From assembly GCA_001643675.2 (NCBI GenBank), contig LSRY02000018.1:1054001-1118000 (forward strand): a DNA stretch of 64,000 bases. The letters are read 5' to 3'. The number at the start of each line of letters is the position of its first letter. Positions within the stretch are counted from its first letter, which is position 1. Origin of the DNA: Monocercomonoides exilis PA203 (taxonomy: Eukaryota > Protista > Preaxostyla). Shown in pieces: positions 38,496-49,600 of the stretch. Position numbers and translations under genes: made by a program. Below the pieces are notes generated by a model. That model was not told where the DNA came from. It ran no database searches and saw nothing but the letters and a program-made list of their open reading frames with translations.

Positions 38496-39241
38496 CACCA
38501 AAAATTATTCAACATCGAAAAACATTAATTCAAAATCGAAAAAGTTTAAAAAAACATCGAAAAACTTTAATTCAACATCGAAAAACTTTAATTCAAAATC
38601 GAAAAAGTTTAATTCAAGATCGAAAAAGAAGTTAATTAGTTCAGAATTTCAATTAAAGTCAAAACCTAGGAAATTTTATTGACGCAAATGTTTATAATTG
38701 CAAATGTTTATTTATTGGAAATGTTTTTCTTTCGTTTTTAACAACTGGTTTCTATGATAAAGACTGATATCAATCGATTCTTTTCTCATTTTGAATATTG
38801 AAAAAGATATATTTTCTCAGTTTCCAATGCAATAAATGAAAAATAAAACATTTTATTTTCAGTAAATGAAAAGAATTTTTTCATTTTTGTGCACAAAACA
38901 AGATCATGAACTATCCTATCACTTTTATTTTTTGCTCAAATTCCTTATAATCTCCTGAATACATGTAAAGAGTTTAAATAAAATTCAGTTTTATCCTATT
39001 TCCAGTATTTCACACAATCAAACACCAAAAAAACATCAAAAAATGTTTTTCTGATTGACATTGACAAATTTCTCAGATCAATAACTGAAAGAAAAGAAAC
39101 TGACATGAGTATTAATTTTTAAATTGTTTTTCAAATTTTGGATGATGCAGCATTTTCGACGTTGAATAAAATATATTCAATTTGGAATTATAGTTTTTCA
39201 ATCTTGAATTAAACTTTTTCGATGTTGAATAATTTTTGGTG
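38496..39241. mobile_element. Foldback-like non-autonomous element, CACC termini, TA TSD (copy 2, divergent subfamily)
   Basis: Perfect 27-bp TIR caccaaaaattattcaacatcgaaaaa, TA on both flanks, and a 21-bp tandem array (tcgaaaaactttaattcaa(c/a)a) at ~38505-38630. Confidence 0.88.
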
Positions 39242-39261
39242 TATATTTTTAAAAATAATTA

Positions 39262-41297
39262 GGGTGATTTATAAAACCGAACTTTTTTTTAATTTTGGTT
39301 TGAAATAAAAAAAAATTTTTTTCAAGCAATCATGTTTTAATTTTGAAAATTGAAATGATCAATAATAAACATAATCAACAAGTTCTCTTTTTACAATTTT
39401 TCTGTAATTTTTCTGCTTTGATTCATCATCCAAAACATCATCATTCAAAATGTGGGATTTATTAAATCTTCTTTTTTGGGGCTTTTCAGCTGCGAAAAGA
39501 ATTTTTTCTTCTTTTTCATCACTATTATCTTTTCTTTTCTTATCTTCTTTCATTTTCTTTTCTTTTTTCCATTCTTCAAGCAATTTTTGTTCAGTTATAA
39601 TTTTTCCATAAAAATCAAACCTGTGTGTTCTCTTTTTCAGTGTTACCGAAGGTTCCTTTGGAAGTGTTGATAGTACTGAATGCCACTCGTTTGAAAGCAC
39701 GCCGCTTTTCTTGAACGAAGAAACAACAGTTGCAGGAAGTAATGCTGTCTGAAGAGCTTGTGGAAGAACGTTGGAAATGGCCTCACGTCGAAGAGAAATG
39801 GTAGAATCTGGAGGCACAGAGTAAAGAGAGTTGATGCATTTTTTGAGGGCAGCAAACACACCACGATCAGGAGGTTGTGTGATGTGTGAACTGTGTGGAA
39901 TAAAAGTGACGACGTCAATGTTGTTGTCAGCAAATTTCTGCCATATGTCAGGCTGAGCCCGAGAAGAGTGAGAATCCAAAAGCAGAAAACATCTCTCATT
40001 GGTTCTCATTAATATTTTCCTTCTTTCGATGATTCCAGTTAATAAAACCTCTTCTGCGTATCTTTGAAATATGCTTTCCGTCATCCATCCATCGTTGTTA
40101 TCCCAAACATCAATGAATGCGCTCAGAAGAACTCGCATTTCCTTTGGTAATTTGTGGCATGGCCACAACACAATGCTTTTGAGAGAATATCCATCTGCAG
40201 CAGCTGTTACAACCAAAGTGGCATTTGGCATGTTTGTGGGTGTTGTATGAAATCCAGCTGGAACTACTGTGGGGTGAATCACAAGAGTTTTGAAGGAATC
40301 CGATAAGCGGAGTGAAGATTCATCGGTGTTATAAATTAAAGAAGGTGAATAATGATGTGAATTGTGAAGATTTTGCAGAAGCTCGTAGAAAGGAAGAAGA
40401 GCTTGTTGATTGGATACCGAAAGACGTTGGATATCCACATTTCTGGGAATGGACGCTTTAAGCTCAGAATTCCTTTTTGCAAATAGATATGGATTTGATT
40501 TGGACACACTGGTGTTTTCATCAAAATCAGTTTCTGATCATCTTTTTTTGTCGGAAAGGACGGATTCCATCTGAAAAATATTTGTTATTAAAAACGAAAG
40601 ATAAATAAATGTGTTATCGAACTAATTCTCTTGTTCTCTTTGCATTTTTACTTGTTCCGGATAAACTTTCGATTTTAATAACTCCAACAATAGTATTTTT
40701 ATCATCTTTGTTAAATAGTTCTGGCCTGCCAGGTTTTGCAACAGCTCTGCCGCTTTCAATTGCTGAAACTGCTCTTATTATTGCTGAACGAGAGAACTCT
40801 TTGGTATTTATTGCGTCAACGATTCTGACATGTCCATCAACAACTATGCGCGCCATGCGTTCCAAACGATTTTCTATTTGCCTATAACCAAATGACATCA
40901 TTTGATTTCTAATGTTTAGCAATCCTTGTTCTGTTCTATTTTTCACAACACTCATTTCAAAAAATTTTTGGTAATGATCTTTTTTTATTTTTAAAAAAAA
41001 TTTTTTTTGTAATGAAAAAAAATTAAAAAAAATATTTTCGATTAAATTCTAACTTAGTCAGCCCCGTTGCTATTACCTAATCTCCTCAGGGGAGGCACTA
41101 ATCAGAGATGGAGGAGCTAACCCCCCCATTTCCCCATCCATCAGAGATTAGGTATAGTAATTTTATCTAGAATTTCAGTCATTGATTTTTCCTTATATAC
41201 TGAAAACAATATAAAAAATATAAAAAGTGGGAAAAATCAACTTATTATTAAAAAAAATGTCCGGGTTTTTAAAAAAGTTCGTGTTAATAAATCACCC
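39262..41297 (-). mobile_element. pogo-superfamily (DD35D) DNA transposon, full-length, TA TSD
   Basis: TIRs gggtgatttataaaac-cgaactttttt / gggtgatttattaacacgaactttttt, TA on both sides, enclosing the transposase. Confidence 0.88.
39359..40955 (-). pseudogene. DDE_1 (CENP-B/pogo) transposase with one intron and one in-frame TGA
   Basis: YNTDES, DGWMT, LLLDSHSS and PHSSHITQPPDRGVF, with 35 residues between the 2nd and 3rd Asp. Exon 1 40955-40623, 52-nt GT-AG intron 40622-40571, TGA at 40540-40538. Confidence 0.85.
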
Positions 41298-41662
41298 TAT
41301 ATTCTTTCTGTGATAGTGAAACTGTAATTTTGTGTATGTGAAAAAATCGACATTTCATTCAAAACTTATTCTTCTGTCATTTCATAAAAAGTATTTTTTT
41401 TTATCCAAAAAAGAGGAAGCTTATAAATATTTTGATATTATTATTCTTTAATAATTTTTTCTGCGAATATGAATAGTGAATTGCTCAAATACTAATTGTT
41501 CATTTTGAAAGCAATTATTTTAATAAAATATTACTAAATTCCTATTTTGATAATACAGCGCTGTGTTCAAAACTGAATTTTTCCAATAATTTGTGAAACT
41601 ATCCCAAAAGTTTAAAATTTTTGATATGAGGAAAATGAAAAGTTCGCAAAAGCTTGTTGAAA

Positions 41663-42689
41663 ATGGATGCTGTTATATATGTAATTCAAACATGTAGTGC
41701 AAGTTTTGTATTAGCTTTTGCATTATCCAAAAAGATTTTTTGATAATTCTTTTTTAGTTTGTTATCTTGTTGGAGTGCAAAAGAATAAGTTTGAACTGCG
41801 AGCTGCAACTAAAGCAATGCCTGTTTTACTACTGGCGCCGCTTGTTGGACGTTTGTGGAGAAAGCAAAGTCTAATTCATCAGAAAAATTCTATTCAGTCA
41901 AAAAATTGTATTTGTTTGTTCCTAAATTTTCATTTGAAAGAATGATGTAAATCTTCTTTAAATGAACATAATGTAAAAATAAAAAGCTCTCATTTTATTT
42001 GGAATTTTGTTTGGAGCAATTGGAGATGTCCTTTTATTGTTTGATGGAATATTTTTTCTTGGTTGTGGAATGTTAGCGTTCATTGGAGGACACATTTTCT
42101 ACATTTTGGCCTTTTTTCCAACACATCCTTTTCCGTATTTGCATAAAATTGTTTTTGGATCATTTGCCGTTGTCACATGTGCTGTGATTATCATGCTTAT
42201 CAATCTTAATTACTTTCAGCATCCTGCTTTGTTTGCTCCATTTGTAGTTTTATATTTTCTAGTTGAAGGCTCTTTAGTTCTTACAATGATTATAATACCC
42301 GATGAGCCTTCAAGATGTTCGTATGTTCTTTGCTTGAAAACTCATGTTATGATAAATTCAATTTAACTAATTTTCATTTTGTTAACTTGTTCTTTGATTC
42401 TTCTAGAATATGTAGATCTGTTGGAATTGTTGGTTCAATTCTGTTTTATGCATCCGATACCGTAATTGTGTTTGGGATGAGCCTTCCAAAAGGAGTTGCT
42501 TGTAGAAATTATATTGTAATGATTACTTATTATTTGGGTATCTGACTTATTTTTTTAATTAGACATTCATTTACACGCATTTTAATTAATGCTCCAAAAT
42601 ATTCATTATTTTTATGAAACTGATTTATCGAAGCACAATTTTGCATTTCGTATTCCAGTAGACAATTTGCATGTAAATCAAATTTTTGA
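41663..42689 (+). CDS. YhhN/TMEM86 family (lysoplasmalogenase-like) membrane protein, multi-exon
   Basis: K.MPVL, FGAIGDVLL, GM.AF..GH.FYI, GSILFYASD and MITYY.(A)Q motifs across short GT-AG introns. Confidence 0.85.
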
Positions 42690-43011
42690 CAAATCTCCGT
42701 TTTCGATGGAAAAATAGAATCCGATGATAAATAATTTTTGAAATTATAATTATTATTTTTGAATCTTTTTTTAAAATAAAATCTTTGAGAATAGGCTTTG
42801 TTCATATTTTATTATTATAATTATTATTTTCCAAAATTTGTTTGAAGTTTCTTGTTGGATAAAACTACAATATTGCTTAAGATTTGAAAAAGAGAAATAT
42901 AACTTTTTTCAGTACATTTCATTTACAGAAAAAAAAGTAGGGGTTATGCACTTAAGTTTCAGTTTTGAATTTTAAAAAAAAATACTTTTTTTTAAAAAAA
43001 GAAAAATCACG

Positions 43012-44183
43012 ATGACAGATAATGCTCAGGTTTAAATAACATACACTTTTTATGAATCAAAATGGTAAAAAATATTGAAATTTACAATGAGTATTATTGT
43101 CCGTTTAAATGGACCATAACAATTTTTATGGATTTGTTACAAAACAGTTATGCTAAACATGCTGAATTGGCACCATTATCAAAGCAACAGTTGCCTGTGA
43201 GAAGTGAAGGTTATTTTTTTCCATTTGTTTATTTGTTTGAAAATGTTGAAATACGTATCTTTATCAAAAAATAAAGAGTTTCATCGTCCAATACGTTCTT
43301 ATGAGCCTGCAGCAGATCAAATTTCAGATATCTTGAAGAATCCAAGTTTTAATCGTTTGAATGATATTTTTTGCGATCAATTAAAAATTCTTGTTTTTAA
43401 TTCTGTTTTTCTGAAACTATTATTATTAGAGGTTTCAAATATCGAGCCAAAGGATCCGAGAAAAATTCGTTTGGATGTGCATTTAAAGAGGACTATGTTT
43501 GTTGCTGACGCTTTTTTATTCAATTAACCGTAAAAATTTTTTTCAATCAGCGAAGAAAGAAGAAAAGCTGCTGAACTTCGACGAATTCAGGATGAAAAAA
43601 AAGAAGATGGAAAACTTCATCCTTCTTGGGTTTCAAAGAGAACTGCTGGGAGGTTTTTTTTCCACCATTTATTTTTGATGTCTTGCATCTTCAATGGGTG
43701 AATTTAGTGTTTCGTGTGATATTATTACTCATAAATATAATGATGGACTTGACGGAGAGCGAATGAAAAGAAATGACGAACGAAAATTAGTTTGTTTTTT
43801 TTATTTTTTGAAATGAGCAAGATTGGGCTATTTGTTTGCAGTATTTAAAGGAATGCAGAAATTATTACACATATACTCGCCAAACGAGATCATCTTACAA
43901 TCCGATTACAGGTCAGCAAATGACTTATTATCCAGCGACTCCAAAGCCTCCGTCGTGGATGCAGACGCTCCCTCAGTCTGCTGGCAGCGTCGAACAATAT
44001 TCTCGCTCGCATTCAGATTCATCTTCAAAAACAGTTTTTCCCTCTCTTCCTCTGCTTGAGCCAAAGCCTGCTGAAGATGTCTGTTCTTCATCCACTTCGA
44101 CTGCTTTCACGTCCTCTTCTTATTCTCCCAGCGATCCAGCTGCTCTTCCGCGGCGCAGCAGAGGAAGAGCATTTTATAGTTGA
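43012..44183 (+). CDS. Multi-exon hypothetical protein
   Basis: ATG 43012 followed by short coding-like exons between AT-rich GT-AG introns; last exon ORF 43836-44183. No recognised domain. Confidence 0.55.
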
Positions 44184-44764
44184 CTTTCAACTCTCTTTGA
44201 ATGTGTGGAAAGAATATTTAGTTTTTCATTACAATGTGTTCTTTGATTTCAAATAGGAATGATATTTGTTTTTTATGTTCCAATCCTTTTTATTTTAAAT
44301 CCATTTCAGATTTTGTTCCTGTTTCTAATTTCCATTTTTGAGAATATTATTTTGTCATTATTTTATTTTCATTTCAAAGTTGTTTGAAAACACTTCTTCA
44401 ACTAATCATTGGTAACTATTTTCCATATTTTCCTGTTTAAATCAAATTTTAATCAGATAAAGTTTTGTTACATCTTGTTATATGGACCAATAAAAAATCG
44501 ATGTAATATTGAAAATGGAAAGAACTTCAAATATTATAGTGTATTTTATAATTCAGAAATTAATGTTAAATTTTATATAAATAAAATGAAAGAAAAAATG
44601 AAAAGAATAAAAAAAAGAAAAAGAAAAAGAAAAAAATAATTCATTAACAAAAGTTGAAGCATACTAAGACACTTTCACACAAAAGATGAAAAAAATAAAA
44701 AACAAGATAATTCAAACAACAACCAAATAAAAATAAAAAAATTAAACAGATGACACAAATAGAT

Positions 44765-46529
44765 TTATCCGCATTTTGGTCCAGTTGCCAGATAAAACAC
44801 CAAAATCGGCACAATTATTGACACTGCCAGCAAAATCAAGCCAACGATTTTCCAAATGGATTTTTTGAGTATGAAAATCAAGCCTAAGCAAAATCCAGAA
44901 ATAAAGCCGCCGAGATGAGCTGCGTGATCGATGGCAGGAATGATAAGAGACAGAACAACCATCGACACGATATAGGAACAGAAAAAGACGATGCAGATAA
45001 CTCTTTCATTTGCATTTGAATTTCAGAGGCATTTAGAATAATTATGATAATAATTATAACAATGATAGTAATAAAGAACAGAAAAGAAAAGAAAAGAAAA
45101 ATTAATCACGATGAATATTATTCAGATGCAAACCGCTGCATTTTATCCATAGTTTTCCACTTATCAACCGTTTCAACAACCGCATAACCTTTCGAGGATA
45201 TGATTATTGGACAATAACACAGTTTAATGGAAGATCCAATAAATTTCAAAGAAGTGAAGAAGATATGAAAATTAGAAATTTATTAACCAAATAAAAAGAG
45301 AAAAAAAATCATCAATAACAAAATCAATGGACATTTTTTACATGAACGCATACCAAAAATACCCATCAAAGCACCTGACGCTCCGATTCCAATAGAAGTA
45401 TAATAAATTGCACAAGAAAACCACGACGCAACAAATGTAGATACAAAATACACCAAAGCTGTTTTTCCAAATTTCCATCTTGCTTCACCATAAAACATAA
45501 CTTGATATTGAAAAAATCCATTCATCAAAATATGCGTAATATCAGAATGAAGTAAACAAGGCAAAATTACGCGGTGAAACTAAGCGAATAGACATATAAC
45601 GAATATTGTTTATTTAGAAAGAGAATAATTAAAATTGAACTTTAAATTTTTGAAGAAAAAAATATTCTTGTTTTTTAAAATGCTTCAATAAATGCTGTCA
45701 CTTCTCAAAATTAATTTCATTCAATCAAACAATAACATACATGATACGAGCATTTAATAAGTGGTGGATATTTTGCGCCTAATTCAATCAATGCTTCAGA
45801 TGTTGGTCCAATTGTTTTTGGAGCAAAACCATGAAGGCATAAAGAAATAATGAACATAACAATCTATAATTACATATTCATTTGTAAATATTCATTTAAT
45901 TTTATATCCGATCAATTTAGATGAACACCTGTACTAACGAAATCCATGGAGTAAACATTTTTAGTACTTTGCAATAATCTTTCTTTCTTACAGTCGAACA
46001 ACAAGGTCCAACAAAGCATAAACATCCACAATTTTTTAAAACCATCTACACTCGTCACAATATTTGCAAAATAAAAACATAATTATTTAAAATTTTTACA
46101 ATCAACATACATTACAATAATTCGGTTTTGTCCCCGGAGGAAGATTATCACTCCAAACTTCATCGTGCAAATTTCCAAATATCACAACTCGCTTAAAGAA
46201 TATACATTTTTATGAAATAATAAACCAACTGAATCATGAACTTCTAACCTGTTCAGTATCATTATCATCATTCAATTCAGAAAAACTATTTTTTTGCTTC
46301 GTTTTTTTCAAATTTTCACCCCTAACATTGATTAAAATAAAAAGTTACATTAAAGAAACAGATACTACAAATTGAAAGTATACCAAGGATTTTTAGCTTT
46401 TTTACCGCTGATTGAATGCCCAATTTCTAAAATTTCAGTAGAATCAGCTTCATCTTCATCTGCCTTCCAGGGATTCGTTAGTGAATCTTCATCTGAAGGA
46501 ACAGAATCAAAAGAATGGATATTTGCCAT
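44765..46529 (-). CDS. Rhomboid family intramembrane serine protease, multi-exon
   Basis: LH..ITHILMN, catalytic GASG (IGASGALMG) and DHAAHLGG motifs; ATG at 46529. Confidence 0.9.
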
Positions 46530-46623
46530 TTAAAAATCGCTTTGGACACAAATTAAAAGAAATAATTTTTTATTGCGGGTCTTTCCCATAATTTCACTTC
46601 GTTCGTTGAAATCTTGAAAGGAA
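46530..46623. promoter_or_regulatory. Putative compact bidirectional promoter
   Basis: Only 94 bp separate the inferred divergent start codons of the rhomboid and CFAP44 genes. Confidence 0.5.
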
Positions 46624-49600
46624 ATGGAAATTGAAGGAGAAACGGAAGAAGTTACTTTTCTTCCGCCAAAGGAGGAGAAAGCCCCGCCAAAAAGAAAGGT
46701 TATAAGGAGACGACACAACCTTGTAAACGGGGATATAAGGTTTTTTTTGTTCTTGGTGCAATACTGTTTATAAATTTCGTTCAGGTACGTTTTCGGAATA
46801 GAGCAGCGTAGAAAAAATAATGTTCATATTGTTGGGCCAGATACCATTGCTTACGTTACGGGAAATTTTGTTGCGTTTCAGGATTTGAAACGAAGACAAC
46901 AATTGTTTGAATATAACATATTTAAATATTTATTTACAATCTTTTGTTATTTATAAGGTGCCTAAATGGAAAGAACAAAGGATTTGGATCAATTGCAGTT
47001 TTGCTATTTTTGAATTTTAAATAGATTTTTTATTGTGATATTTATCAAAAATTTTTTTATTTTTATTCAAAACTTTTATTCAAGGTTCATCCAAGTGGGA
47101 AATGGATTGCAATCGGCGAAAGAGGCATTAACCCAAGAATATTAATATACTCATTTCCCTCACTTCACCTTGTTCAAACACTTCGCCATGGCACCGAATC
47201 TGGCTACACTGGTTTTTTGTTTTTTTAAAAAGAGAGATTTCTTTTATTATTATCTGAATTCAATTTTAAAAATAAAATTTATTTTAGCACTTCGTTTTGA
47301 CAGAAATGGTGACAGACTAGGAAGTGTTGGAACGCATCCAGATTACATGCTCACAATATGGGATTGGAGAAATGGCAAAGTTCTTCTGAAAAACAAGGCC
47401 TTTTCTCAGGATGTGTTCACCATAGAATTCTCGCCGTTCCAGTTTGGTAAGCTGATTACGTCTGGGATTGGCCATATCCGCTTCTGGAAGATGGAATCTA
47501 CGTTCACTGGGCTGAAGCTGAAGGGAGACATCGGAAAATTTGGAGTTGTGGAGCTCACCGACATCTCTTCCTTTGCCGAGCTTCCCAACGGGCAGATCGT
47601 CAGCGGGTCTGAGTCTGGGTTTCTGCTCCTCTGGGAGGCGGGCCTGCTACGCGGGCAGTTTGGACGCAGTGCAGAGAAAGGGTGCCACGACGGGGCGTGT
47701 GAGTGTGTGAAGCTGGACACGTTCTCCAAGATGCTGGTGACTGGGGGGTTCGACGGCTGTGTGCGGTGGTGGCTGCGGGCAGACTTCGAAATTGAGGTGC
47801 TGAACGCGACGGTGGTGCAGGTGATTAAGCCGCTGAAGGAGATCCGCCTGGGAGAGAGGCTGCCCATCCGCCTGCTGGTACCTGGAGAAAAAGAGTGGAT
47901 GGTCCACACTGAAAACGGAGTGGTTGCACGTCTGAGCTATCAGAACGACATAGTCACGCACGAGCTCGAGTATCCGTCTGGTGTGTGATTCTGTTATTGA
48001 ATGTTTCGTTTATTTAATGTATAATAAAAAAATAATATTTTCTTGAAAAAAATGAAACTTTAATTACAAACTTTATTTCCACCACCATTCACTTTTCTCT
48101 CTTTTCTTATCTCAATCCACTTCAAAAAAATTATGAAAATTATCTTCTTTTTCATTTCCAGACAACATCACCTGCATAGCGCTCCAGGGCGGCACACGGG
48201 GTGAGCTGTGCAGCAGCGATGTGAGCGGCGTGGGTGTGGCAGTTGGCTCAGAAGACGGGAAAGTGTTTGTGATGGACGCGGCCCGGCGGCGAGTGAGCTG
48301 CTGGAGACAATTCCAGTCGCCTGTGACAGCACTGCACTGGTGCCCCGAAGAGAGCGACGTGGTGGGGAAGCGGCTGATCGTGGCGTGTGCAGACGGCTCA
48401 ATCAAAATCGTGCAGATTTCTGTACCGGCACCGCTGGCTCCTGTCCCGCCGGTGGATGAAGAGGCGGAGGAGGCGGAGGAAGAGCGCAAGTGGAGAGAGA
48501 AGATGAAGCGGAGGAGGGCAAGGAGGAAGGCGGAGCAGGCTGAGATGGAGGCGCTGGAGGAGACGGAGAAGAGGGAAGAGGAAGGAGATGGGAAGAAAGA
48601 AGAGAAGAAGGAAGGGAAAGAAGGAGATGAGAAGGGGTTGTCTGAATCAGTCGCATCACTTGAGAAGGAAGAAGGATCAGAGGGCGAAAACGCAAAGGGA
48701 GGAAAAGAATCTTCAGCAAAGAGCGAGGAAGAAGAAGAAGAAGTGAGCGATTCCGAGTTGTTTGACGAGGAAGACTTGGAGAAAGAGAAGCGGCGAAGGG
48801 CGAAGATTGTGCGGGAGCGTGCGGTTGTGGCGCCTCCGCTGCCTTCTCTTGAGATTCAGACAGCATTCAAGCCACACACAGAAAGAGTGAACTGCATCTC
48901 CGTCAGCCCGAACAAGCTGTGGGACGACTCAGGGGCAGAAGTGAGGCTGATTGTGACAGGGTCAGACGATGGCACTGTGTTCTTCTTTGCTCTCCCTGCC
49001 TCCATCGAGTCAGCAGGGCCAGTGGGGTTTGTGCGGGTGTCGTCGCGTGTGGTCAGCTTAACATGGCCAAACCTGGAGCCCAACCTGGAGATGGACAAAG
49101 GAACGGCTGAGGAGTACCAGGAAGGAGGAGAAAACGGAGGAGGAGAGAATGGAGAGAATGGAGAGAACGAAGGAGGTGATGGAGAAATGGCAGAAGGGAC
49201 GGATATTTCTCCGATGGAAGGAAACAGAAAGAAAGTGTTTACGACCCCGAACGGCTTTGAGGATAGCGATGGAATTGAGTATGGGACAGAAGGGCTGGGT
49301 GATGAAGAGAACGAGCGAGAAGGATTTGGAGGAGATCAGAACATGGCATCACCAGCACGCACACCATCGCCTGTGAATCCACGCTCTACCTCTCCACAAC
49401 CAGTAGCTTCTTCTTCTGCTGCTACTACTTCTTCCTCTTCTGTTTCATCATCTCCTCCCTCAACCTCTGCACAATCACCTCAATCACCCCAATCACCCCA
49501 ATCCTCTCCTCTTCCCAACAACCTTCCAGAAACCAACCCATTCATCCCCAAAATACCTGCCGTGTACAAACCGCCCACTCGTCTCTCGTCCATCCCGAAT

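Noticed and set aside
38452-38682. ORF with SKNFNS repeats
   Set aside because: Translation of the 21-bp MITE repeats across an element junction.
41056-41160. Possible tRNA, hammerhead ribozyme or Fanzor omega-RNA
   Set aside because: No cloverleaf or T-loop, CUGAUGA core imperfect, and no TnpB/Fanzor ORF nearby; kept only as an unassigned hairpin.
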